DNA of 64,000 nucleotides from an uncultured beta proteobacterium (GTDB lineage Bacteria; Pseudomonadota; Gammaproteobacteria; Burkholderiales; Burkholderiaceae). How positions within the stretch are numbered: the stretch's first letter is position 1; each line of letters starts with the position of its first letter. A model generated the notes under the pieces. That model had not been told where the DNA came from and did not search any database. It saw only the letters and a program-made list of their open reading frames with translations. A program made the translations under genes and the position numbers. Location of the stretch: the NCBI GenBank assembly GCA_903875135.1, contig CAIQUZ010000037.1, positions 19,606-83,605 on the forward strand, in the 5' to 3' direction. Positions 40,177 through 48,740 of the stretch are shown here, piece after piece.

Positions 40177-40971
40177 ATGTATCCATTTTCATTTCATCAC
40201 ACTCAAAAAATTACTGACACTGTCTCTTTAAAAAAAGAATCTCCAGAGGGAAAATATATCGCTGGTGGTCAAAGTTTAATTGGGGTAATGAAGCTAAGAC
40301 TTGATAAACCGTCCGAATTAATTAACCTAGGATCCATTCCTGAACTTACCGGCATTTGTGTAGATGGGAAGACCTTAACAATCGGAGCAATGGCGAGACA
40401 TGCCGAAGTTGCCGCATCTGCTGATGTGAAAAATTGCATCCCTGGTCTATCCCAACTCGCGGGCCTCATTGCCGATAGAATGGTGCGCAATATGGGGACA
40501 ATCGGCGGCTCTGTCGCTAACAATGATCCTTCTGCGGATTATCCTGCTGGCTTGTTGGGATTAAATGCCACCATCATTACCAATCAACGTGAAATCAAAG
40601 CGGATGATTTTTTTCTCGGGATGTTTGAAACCGCTCTAGAGCCAAGTGAATTGATCCAATCGATTCGTTTTACAGCACCGATTCAATCTGCCTATGCTAA
40701 ATTCAAACACCCCGCCTCTAGATACGCCGTCGTCGGTGTTTTTGTCGCTCAATTTCCGGGCGAAGTCAGAGTGGCTGTCACAGGAGCCGGCGCATCAGTT
40801 TTCCGACTCACAGAAGTTGAAAAAGCTCTTTCTAACAACTTCTCTGCCAGTGCATTAGATCCAATACATATTTCTGCTGATGGGCTTAACTCAGACTTTT
40901 TTGCAGATTCAGAATACCGAGCCCATTTAATCAAATTAATGGCAATACAAGCAGTTAACCAAGCACAATAA
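40177..40971 (+). CDS. Molybdenum hydroxylase medium subunit (FAD, CoxM-like)
   Basis: [48 protein letters not shown]. Confidence 0.93.
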   Translation: MYPFSFHHTQKITDTVSLKKESPEGKYIAGGQSLIGVMKLRLDKPSELINLGSIPELTGICVDGKTLTIGAMARHAEVAASADVKNCIPGLSQLAGLIADRMVRNMGTIGGSVANNDPSADYPAGLLGLNATIITNQREIKADDFFLGMFETALEPSELIQSIRFTAPIQSAYAKFKHPASRYAVVGVFVAQFPGEVRVAVTGAGASVFRLTEVEKALSNNFSASALDPIHISADGLNSDFFADSEYRAHLIKLMAIQAVNQAQ

Positions 40972-40988
40972 CTCTCTTAGGAATTGCT

Positions 40989-42083
40989 ATGTCAATTGAT
41001 GTCGTTAAAGTTGAAATTAAAAGTGTATCGGATGCCTCAGGGCTATTACAACATATAGAATCTGGAAGATTTAAGGCTGATGACGTCATCGCTATTATTG
41101 GAAAAACTGAGGGTAATGGTGGAGTAAATGATTTCACAAGAATCTTATCAGATCATGCTTTTCGAGACGTTTTATTGAAACACGGCACGCGGACTACAGA
41201 GCAGATTCGGGAAATCCCGATGGTTTGGTCAGGTGGTTGTGATGGCGTCATCACACCACATGCCACTATTTTTACTCAAGTTAACGATACTTCAAGTTCA
41301 AAAGAAAGTCGTCTAGTAATTGGTACAGCACTTAGCCCGCGTATTTATCCAGAAGATATTGGTCGTTTGTCAATGGTAGAAAAAGTGCGTCAAGGTGTGC
41401 TGTTAGCAATGAAAAATGCAGGGATTGATGATCCAAAAGATGTGCATTACGTGCAGACAAAAACACCACTGCTGACCATTGAATCTGTCCTTGATGCCAA
41501 ATCACGTGGAAAGACTCTAGCCTGCGAAGTTCACGACTCCATGGGTGTTTCCAATGGCACTACGGCCCTAGGAATTGCGGTTGCACTAGGCGAAATCTCA
41601 ATGCCAACAGAAGAAGATATCTGCGAGAATCACGCCTTGTTTTCTTCAGTAGCATCCTGCTCTTCTGGCGTTGAATTAGATTTCGCACAAATTGTTTTAC
41701 TCGGCAATAAAACTGGCGCAGGAGGAAAATTTAGGATCGGTCACGGCATTATGAGAGATGCTATTGATATCGATGGTATCTATGATGCGATTCGGTCCGC
41801 TGGCTTAACCTTACCTGAGCGCCCCAGAGCAAGCGACTTAAACGGCAAACTAGTTAACTGCTTCATTAAATGTGAGGCGGATCAAACTGGTAAGCTTCGT
41901 GGTCGTCGACAAATTATGTTAGATGACTCCGATGTGCATCATCATCGACACTCTAAAGCTGCCGTTGGTGGAGTAGCTGCTGCCGCGATTGGTGATCCCG
42001 CTGTCTTCGTATCTGTTGATGCTATGCACCAAGGTCCGCACGGTGGCGGTCCCGTTATCGCGATTGTTGATTTGGGGACTTAA
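40989..42083 (+). CDS. bar: Ring-opening amidohydrolase of the AtzD/barbiturase (Toblerone-fold) family, barbiturase-like
   Basis: [40 protein letters not shown] (Asn189 where cyanuric acid hydrolases have Arg), [36 protein letters not shown]; collinear end to end with Rhodococcus barbiturase as I recall it. Confidence 0.88.
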   Translation: MSIDVVKVEIKSVSDASGLLQHIESGRFKADDVIAIIGKTEGNGGVNDFTRILSDHAFRDVLLKHGTRTTEQIREIPMVWSGGCDGVITPHATIFTQVNDTSSSKESRLVIGTALSPRIYPEDIGRLSMVEKVRQGVLLAMKNAGIDDPKDVHYVQTKTPLLTIESVLDAKSRGKTLACEVHDSMGVSNGTTALGIAVALGEISMPTEEDICENHALFSSVASCSSGVELDFAQIVLLGNKTGAGGKFRIGHGIMRDAIDIDGIYDAIRSAGLTLPERPRASDLNGKLVNCFIKCEADQTGKLRGRRQIMLDDSDVHHHRHSKAAVGGVAAAAIGDPAVFVSVDAMHQGPHGGGPVIAIVDLGT

Positions 42084-42092
42084 ACAGTTTTC

Positions 42093-42572
42093 TTATTGAT
42101 AGATTTTCTGATCAAAGAAACTCATACCTGCAATATAGCGGCTACCATCAGACATGTCCGGGAGTGGTCCCTTCTCGATTTTTCCTTCAAAGGTTAATTC
42201 GAGTTGGACACCGCTTGGATCATAAATAAATAGTTGCCAAATCGTCGTGTTCGGCACTAAAAATTCACGAAAAGGTAATTTCATGTCAATAAATTTTTGA
42301 CGGTACTCATGGTAACCCGAGCAAGAAAATGAGATATGATCAATCGCTGCAGTCCCTAATACTGTCTTACCATCTTCACCAAGCGCTGGTCCACCAGCGT
42401 AACAATGTAATATCGCTTGCCCACCAGGAATCGGAGCAGCAAGCCACGCTCCCGGAAAACCAAAGTCCGGACGATAAATATCAATCAAACCTAATACCTT
42501 AGTATAAAAATCTTTAGTTGCCTCTAAATTATTCGTTTTAACTGCAATATGAAACAAACCATTCGTAATCAT
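42093..42572 (-). CDS. VOC / glyoxalase-family metalloprotein
   Basis: FHIAV...FYTKVLGL, GAWL, LHCY, IDHISF, YDPSGVQLEL (His/His/His/Glu metal set). Confidence 0.88.
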   Translation of the reverse strand: MITNGLFHIAVKTNNLEATKDFYTKVLGLIDIYRPDFGFPGAWLAAPIPGGQAILHCYAGGPALGEDGKTVLGTAAIDHISFSCSGYHEYRQKFIDMKLPFREFLVPNTTIWQLFIYDPSGVQLELTFEGKIEKGPLPDMSDGSRYIAGMSFFDQKIYQ

Positions 42573-42585
42573 GAACTATTCCTGT

Positions 42586-42969
42586 TTAAATTTTATCGAT
42601 CAAACTAACATGGGCTGAAACAATTCTCCAACCTTCAGGTGTCCTTACCCAAGTTTGCGATTGACGCCCCAATTTTCCTGGAACAGTATCTCTTTCAAAT
42701 AAGGTATTCGCTGTTGCCAAGTCATTTCCAAAAGTAGTAATTACTGTTTTACTGATACTTCTTAATAAACCTTTCGACGGTCTTGCGGCTCGAAAAGCTG
42801 CTATTTCGTCAAAACCATATAAGTTTTCATTCATGCCATAACGGATAACTAATGGATTATTCCAAAATGAGTTATCTAAAACATCAATCTTATTGTGAAT
42901 CAAGGCGTCCTCATATTGATCAAAAAGAGCTTGAACTTCTGCGTGGATATTAGGGATGTTAATTTGCAT
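42586..42969 (-). CDS. AtzH/HpxZ-like (DUF3225, NTF2-like) protein
   Basis: FDQYEDALIHN...FW...IRYG..ENLYGFDEIAAFRAAR...GRQSQTWVR.PEGWRIVSAHVS. Confidence 0.9.
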   Translation of the reverse strand: MQINIPNIHAEVQALFDQYEDALIHNKIDVLDNSFWNNPLVIRYGMNENLYGFDEIAAFRAARPSKGLLRSISKTVITTFGNDLATANTLFERDTVPGKLGRQSQTWVRTPEGWRIVSAHVSLIDKI

Positions 42970-43193
42970 GGGATATTCTCAAATTCATTAGGTATTAATA
43001 GTTGATTCTAGTATAAGCCGAATAGAAATACGATAGCTCCCCTACGAATAAACCTCCATTGATTTTCTCCACAAAAGGCACTAAGCTCATCTTGAGTGAG
43101 ATATTCAGATAGAAATGGACAAAGCCTTGATCACCTAGTTCATCTGATCAATCAAATCTCTTCAATGACTTAAATAATGAATGGGGAACATCA

Positions 43194-44228
43194 ATGCAAC
43201 AACAAATAATAAAAATTATTCTTGGCTTGAGTGTAGTCATTATTGGAAACGTGTTAGCCCAAATCAAACCACTTGAGATGAACATCGCTCAAGTTGACTC
43301 CTTCCATATTGGTGGGCGATTAGTTGAAATCTCAGGCAAACCGATTAAAGAAGTTGTCTTTAGCCCAGGCAGTGCCCCAGCAAAGATTGATCCTAACGGA
43401 AAATACCTCGTTGAACAAATGTACGTTCAGTACTTTATTCCAAAAGATGTCAAGCATCAATTACCCATCCTCCTCTGGCATGGTGGTGGCCTCACGGGGG
43501 TCACGTATGAAACAACTCCGGATGGTAGACCTGGTTGGCAACAATACTTTATTAGTCAGGGTTGGAAAACTTACGTTTCAGATGCTGTTGAACGAGGGCG
43601 TTCAGGTTGGGCGTCGCCAGATATTTGGCCTTCAGATCCACAATTCTTAACGATTGATAACCCATGGCAACGATTTAGAATTGGCGCAAATCCATGGAGT
43701 GATGACCCAGTTAAAAGAGCTCAACACCCAGGCAGTCAGTTTCCTGCTGAAGGTTATGTCAATTTTATGCGTCAAGTCGTTCCACGCTGGACAACCACAG
43801 ATGAGGCCAGTATAGCCGCCTATACGGAATTAGTTGACAAAGTCTGCCCCTGCGTTGTTTTAGTTCATAGCCAAGGAGGTCAGTTTGGTCAAAAAGTTGC
43901 CCAAGCCCGTCCTGATAAAGTGAAAGCATTAATTTTGGTTGAACCTGCGGGATTTGGTGACCCAGCAAAGGCGAGTGCAATGAAAAATATACCGATACTT
44001 ACCGTGTATGGCGACAATATTGATCTTGATTCTCGCTGGCCAAAAATCCGACAAACACAACTAGATTTGAATCAAAAATATATTACAGCAGGAGCTAGTG
44101 TCGATGTGATTAACCTACCAGAAATAGGCATTAAAGGTAACTCACACATGATGATGATGGATCGTAACAATCTGCAAATTGCCGGCATCATCGAAGAATG
44201 GCTAAAGAAAAAAGGTTTTAAAGACTGA
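43194..44228 (+). CDS. Putative exported alpha/beta-hydrolase (esterase/lactonase-like)
   Basis: Signal peptide; LWHGGGLTG..YETTPDGRPGW, VHSQGG nucleophile elbow, GD, GNSHMMM catalytic His. Confidence 0.85.
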   Translation: MQQQIIKIILGLSVVIIGNVLAQIKPLEMNIAQVDSFHIGGRLVEISGKPIKEVVFSPGSAPAKIDPNGKYLVEQMYVQYFIPKDVKHQLPILLWHGGGLTGVTYETTPDGRPGWQQYFISQGWKTYVSDAVERGRSGWASPDIWPSDPQFLTIDNPWQRFRIGANPWSDDPVKRAQHPGSQFPAEGYVNFMRQVVPRWTTTDEASIAAYTELVDKVCPCVVLVHSQGGQFGQKVAQARPDKVKALILVEPAGFGDPAKASAMKNIPILTVYGDNIDLDSRWPKIRQTQLDLNQKYITAGASVDVINLPEIGIKGNSHMMMMDRNNLQIAGIIEEWLKKKGFKD

Positions 44229-44259
44229 TGATTCGATCTATCGAATGCACCTTGATGAG

Positions 44260-45135
44260 TTATTTAAATAACTCATCAAGGTGTTTCTCGTAATCGTAAT
44301 AATTGATACTTTCGTATAACTCATTTCTCGTTTGCATTTGCCCAATCAAATTTTTTTGTGTTCCCTCAGACCGAATGGTTTGATAAACATGCTCTGCTGC
44401 TTTATTCATCGCTCTAAAAGCTGATAATGGGTAAAGTGCCATGCTGACTCCAACTGACCTCAATTCATCGATAGTGAACAATGGCGTTGATCCAAACTCA
44501 GTAATATTGGCTAAAACTGGAACTTTGGTCTTTTCGACAAATTGTTGATATTGACCTAGTTCAGTAACTGCTTCTGGAAACAACATATCTGCACCCGCCT
44601 CAACATAAGCAAGCACTCTATCTATGCAAGCATTGATACCTTCTGCTGCTAAAGAGTCGGTTCTTGCCATCACCACAAAATCCTCACTCGACTTAGCATC
44701 AATAGCTGCTTTGATACGATCGACCATTTCTGCACAACTCACAATTTGTTTATTGGGTCGATGACCACAACGTTTAGCACCAACTTGATCTTCAATATGA
44801 ATCGCTGCCACCCCAGCTTTTTCTAATGAACGAACCGTCCTAGCCACATTAAATGCCGATGACCCAAATCCTGTATCCACATCAACTAGCAAAGGTAAAG
44901 TACAAATATCGGTGATTCTTCTGGCATCAATCAGCACATCTTCTAAGTTAGAAATTCCAAGATCAGGCAAGCCTAAAGATCCCGCAGACACTCCCCCGCC
45001 AGATAAATAAATAGCTTTGTAACCAGCTCGCTGAGCCAGTAACGCATGGTTACCATTCACTGCACCAATGACTTGAAGTGGTGATTCATTCAAAATTGCT
45101 TGACGAAACAAACTACCCGGAGATACTCGACTCAT
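44260..45135 (-). CDS. prpB: 2-methylisocitrate lyase
   Basis: [54 protein letters not shown]. Confidence 0.92.
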   Translation of the reverse strand: MSRVSPGSLFRQAILNESPLQVIGAVNGNHALLAQRAGYKAIYLSGGGVSAGSLGLPDLGISNLEDVLIDARRITDICTLPLLVDVDTGFGSSAFNVARTVRSLEKAGVAAIHIEDQVGAKRCGHRPNKQIVSCAEMVDRIKAAIDAKSSEDFVVMARTDSLAAEGINACIDRVLAYVEAGADMLFPEAVTELGQYQQFVEKTKVPVLANITEFGSTPLFTIDELRSVGVSMALYPLSAFRAMNKAAEHVYQTIRSEGTQKNLIGQMQTRNELYESINYYDYEKHLDELFK

Positions 45136-45162
45136 ATTTACACCTTATTTTTGCCTGATCAA

Positions 45163-46125
45163 TTAATCATCTTTCATATTCGACTTTTTGATAATTGGAG
45201 CAAGCCTTCCTTTTTCTTCAGCCAAAAATTTCACAAAATCTGTAATCGACCCTGGGATTGGTTCGATACCTTGAGGTACTAATCGATTCGTTACCGCTTC
45301 CGTTTTAAGACCAGCATTAATTGCTTGATTCATTTTCTCTAAAACATCGTCTGGTGTTCCCTTTGGGGCATATAAACCTGCCCAGTGACCAATAAAAACC
45401 TCTGGATAACCTAATTCTTTTGCTGTTGGGACATTTGGTAGCGCAGAAATTCTTTTGTTCCAAGTCGATGCAATGGCTTTTAGTTTACCGCCCTGAATTT
45501 GTGGAATCACAACCGGACTTGCCTCAGAAGTAGCATCAACTTGACTAGAAATTACGGCAAGCATCCCTTCAGATCCACTCTTATAGGGAATTACTTCATA
45601 TTTACCACCAGTATTTAATTTCAGCATTTCTACCACAAAATGCGGTGTGCTGCCTGTTCCTGCGGTTGAGAAGTTAAGCCCCTTTGACTCTTTTGACAAA
45701 GCCACTAAATCTTTTAACTGATTCATTTTAGAGTTGGCTGCCACCACAATGATGGAAGGGCTAACTGCCAAAAATCCTACTGGAACTAAGTCCCCTTCTT
45801 TATAAGGCATCGAGGATTTGATGAGTGCATTAGTAAGAGTTCCACTTGCCCCAACAAAAAAGGTATATCCATCATTGGCACTTTTAGCAACATAATCAGC
45901 ACCCAAAACAGATCCAGCACCTGGCTTGTTCTCTACAATAATTGTTTGACCTAATTGTTTGGAGGCGGCTTCAGCAGCAACTCTTGCCACTAAATCATTC
46001 GCTCCGCCAGGACCAAAACCAACTACAAATTTAATCGTATGATTTGGCCAAGGCTCAGCGGCAATTACGCCACACATCATCATGGCACTTAAAAGCAGGC
46101 AGGATAAAGATCGTCTTATTTTCAT
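45163..46125 (-). CDS. Bug/TctC substrate-binding protein (likely start ATG 46125)
   Basis: MKIRRSLSCLLL signal; WPNHTIKFVVGFGPGGAND, VENKPGAG, IPYKSG. Confidence 0.92.
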   Translation of the reverse strand: MKIRRSLSCLLLSAMMMCGVIAAEPWPNHTIKFVVGFGPGGANDLVARVAAEAASKQLGQTIIVENKPGAGSVLGADYVAKSANDGYTFFVGASGTLTNALIKSSMPYKEGDLVPVGFLAVSPSIIVVAANSKMNQLKDLVALSKESKGLNFSTAGTGSTPHFVVEMLKLNTGGKYEVIPYKSGSEGMLAVISSQVDATSEASPVVIPQIQGGKLKAIASTWNKRISALPNVPTAKELGYPEVFIGHWAGLYAPKGTPDDVLEKMNQAINAGLKTEAVTNRLVPQGIEPIPGSITDFVKFLAEEKGRLAPIIKKSNMKDD

Positions 46126-46219
46126 AGTTTTCTTTCTGTGGACATTCTGTATCAAATTGTAGTCGTGAATCAGAGTCATTCGCCATTACTTACCATATTA
46201 AATGAATCTTCCTTCATAA

Positions 46220-48541
46220 CTACGCCTTGACTGGACCAAACTGTGGGGGAGGAACTCGTCTTTTAGAAGCTGCTTCATAAGCAGAAGCCACTCTGATTAA
46301 ACGGTCTTCCATTCCCGGCTCCACCCGAAATACCAAAGAAAATGGTAAGCCAGCACCTTCTAATTTTGTCGGGGTTTGGCTCGTTTTTCCGAGATATTTT
46401 TTTCGATCTTCAGATAACTCAAAAACTGCATCGTAGGCTATATCAACAAATCCCGCAGGCACTAAAACTTCCGTAAGTCCAGCATTGGGTCCGTACAGTA
46501 ATTCGTTACGAAGGTCAGTAATTTCACCAGGCTCATCAGGCCATCCAATCTTCGCAGGTGGCAAAGGCGTATGGAGCCTTACCAAAACATCAAGTTTGTT
46601 TTCAAGAATCACCATCATATCGACTCTTCGCAGTAGCTCTCTGAGCATAATGCGCTCATTAATCCCTTGTCTGCCACCTAAAGGATTCCTGGGATCCGTC
46701 GTCTCTTCCCAATTTTTAAAAGCTGATCGCTGATCATCACCCCAAAATTTGGAGCGTTGATTTAATGTCGGCCAATCGATGAGCGACTCTTTAAATCCAA
46801 GAACATTCCAATCCTGCGCTCGGCGACTCAAATATTGCTTGATGTGATAGCGAAAAGAGTTGGCTAATATTTGATGTTGAACTGTAGCAATCGTTAAATT
46901 TTGGGGTGGCTGGATATTGAGATCAGCCAACTCCACACAATAATCAATCGCCGTCATTTTTCCGGAGCCAAAGATTTTTCCTGGGGCAAATTCAGTCGGC
47001 ATAATTTGCTCAGCAAACTCAGGAAATACCGGCTGCCTGGCTTCATTTAATCGAAATAAAATATCTGGCATAAAGACTGGGACTAACCTTGCTAGGGCTT
47101 TCGTAAAATCAATTCCCATTTGTTCTATTGTGTTATCTCTTTGCCAAAGAGTATGCGATGACTCCACTAAAGTCGCACCAAGATGATTACCAAGTATCTC
47201 TTTAATCTCTAGGCTTGCCTTAGTAATGATCGGTTCTACTGATTTAATTCCGGGGTTTATCATGGATTCACGGATCACCCCAATACGGGTTCCTTTTAAA
47301 AGGCCCACGGTATTCCCTTTAATCACATGATCGAGATAGCGTGTTTGTAAGACAGAGGATCGCGGGACAGTTGTGTAGGGGTCTCTAGGATCGTAATACC
47401 CATTGTCATCATCTTTAAGCGCATCCAAAATACGTGTGCAGTCTTCCAAAGTGCGACTTAAGATTCCCGTTCGATCACAATAGATATCCGCACCAATAGC
47501 CCCACCATCAAAACCTAGCATTGCCTTATGGGGCAAAATCAATGCTAATGCATTATGGTTGGCAGGACCTCTTGTCGACATCCGTGTTTCTTCACCTAAA
47601 CTAGCCATCACCAAATTAGCACTAACCGATACGCCTGATCCCGAACTAGAACCTAAGGATGCTGAGCGCGTTGTGTCATAGGGATTCGATGGATTACCAC
47701 CCCAAGTAGAGCGTTGATAACCATGTACGGATGGCAAGATCTGGTGAGGTTGGTTTTTACCTCCTGGATCACCTGCACGACCGTTATATTCTGTCATGAC
47801 CGCTTTGGCGAAAATAATCGCCCCTTTTTGACGAAGCTGGTCGACTAAAAGATGATCTCTGGCCGGAAAGTCGATATCGTAAGCAGCATCACCACCTCCC
47901 GTAGAACGCATGTCTTTCGTATCAAAAGCATCTTTGAAGGAAAATGTCACGCCATATAAAGGTAACTTTTCAAGATCGGGTTGTTGGCCATACTGCGCAT
48001 CTAAAGCCGCTGCTTGCTCAAGAGCGTCCGGATATTGCCGAAATAATTCACACATCGGAGGAGCACCTTTAGGCAAGGGCCCTTTTGAAGGATGCAAATC
48101 ATAATCACCACGACAAGTAACTGATCGTTCTCCACGTAGATTAATCGTTGATAAAGCATTGAGTTGACCAGCATTGGGTTTGCCTACAATCATTCCGAAC
48201 TGTTGGTAAATACTAGGGTCTGAGGCGGTTGACTCCATTCTGCCAAACTCAATGTCTGGACCAATATATCGATCTAAGTTTGGCAATAACTTAGAAGCAT
48301 TTAAGGTCTCTTGATCAAACCGTATCGGCTGACCACCACGTAAAACACCTGTGTGAGCAGGAATTTGGCTACCATCCCTTGTCACCAGCAAGCTTGAGGG
48401 TCCATTAAACTGCCGTATACGAGCCAGATATTGCTGAACTACTGCCACACAACTGGTTCTCCCCTCTTGAATTGCAAGATGCAGATCTGAAATTGTTGCT
48501 TCTTCAACTTGAAAGGGAATATTAGACTGACTTTGCGACAC
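46220..48541 (-). CDS. Amidase-signature family protein, unusually long (773 aa)
   Basis: VEEATISDL, PLYGVTFSFKD (catalytic Lys), NPYD, GSSSGSG (cis-Ser), GEETRMSTRGPA (nucleophile Ser), C-terminal EDRLIRVASAYE.ASKRRVPP. Confidence 0.88.
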   Translation of the reverse strand: MSQSQSNIPFQVEEATISDLHLAIQEGRTSCVAVVQQYLARIRQFNGPSSLLVTRDGSQIPAHTGVLRGGQPIRFDQETLNASKLLPNLDRYIGPDIEFGRMESTASDPSIYQQFGMIVGKPNAGQLNALSTINLRGERSVTCRGDYDLHPSKGPLPKGAPPMCELFRQYPDALEQAAALDAQYGQQPDLEKLPLYGVTFSFKDAFDTKDMRSTGGGDAAYDIDFPARDHLLVDQLRQKGAIIFAKAVMTEYNGRAGDPGGKNQPHQILPSVHGYQRSTWGGNPSNPYDTTRSASLGSSSGSGVSVSANLVMASLGEETRMSTRGPANHNALALILPHKAMLGFDGGAIGADIYCDRTGILSRTLEDCTRILDALKDDDNGYYDPRDPYTTVPRSSVLQTRYLDHVIKGNTVGLLKGTRIGVIRESMINPGIKSVEPIITKASLEIKEILGNHLGATLVESSHTLWQRDNTIEQMGIDFTKALARLVPVFMPDILFRLNEARQPVFPEFAEQIMPTEFAPGKIFGSGKMTAIDYCVELADLNIQPPQNLTIATVQHQILANSFRYHIKQYLSRRAQDWNVLGFKESLIDWPTLNQRSKFWGDDQRSAFKNWEETTDPRNPLGGRQGINERIMLRELLRRVDMMVILENKLDVLVRLHTPLPPAKIGWPDEPGEITDLRNELLYGPNAGLTEVLVPAGFVDIAYDAVFELSEDRKKYLGKTSQTPTKLEGAGLPFSLVFRVEPGMEDRLIRVASAYEAASKRRVPPPQFGPVKA

Positions 48542-48564
48542 GATGTGACTCCTCTATACTAGGT

Positions 48565-48589
48565 CAATTGTTGAAAAATTGAACAATTG
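48565..48589. promoter_or_regulatory. 8-9-8 inverted repeat CAATTGTT-N9-AACAATTG in the amidase/pLGIC divergent intergenic region
   Basis: Perfect 8-bp arms 24 nt upstream of the amidase start; function unknown. Confidence 0.3.
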
Positions 48590-48740
48590 TGGATAACTAT
48601 TCATTAAAATAAAATCATCGATCATCTGAAGTTATTTAGTGAAGAGTATAAAACGAATAGTCTCAATGAATGTTAATTAAAAGAACTGTAATAAGATAGT
48701 ATCAGTGCCGATAACATTACAAAATAAGTTAGGTTACCTC

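Noticed and set aside
40989-42083. Cyanuric acid hydrolase AtzD / s-triazine pathway
   Set aside because: Asn replaces the domain-B Arg, the AEHQ metal loop is absent, and there is no biuret hydrolase or atzEG; the barbiturase-like reading fits better, although AtzH-like is nearby
42995-43147. About 50-codon stop-free frame on the minus strand upstream of the atzH-like gene (possible atzG or gene remnant)
   Set aside because: No resemblance to AtzG that I can recognise; the only ATG gives a 31-aa peptide without a clear RBS
44231-44246. Short inverted repeat attcgat-ct-atcgaat between convergent genes (also 14025-14038 and 8753-8767)
   Set aside because: AT-rich 6-7 bp stems without U-tracts; too weak to call as terminators or operators
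48588-48596. Perfect DnaA box TGTGGATAA
   Set aside because: A single copy with no cluster, DUE or dnaA/dnaN context; about one such 9-mer is expected by chance in 64 kb of AT-rich DNA
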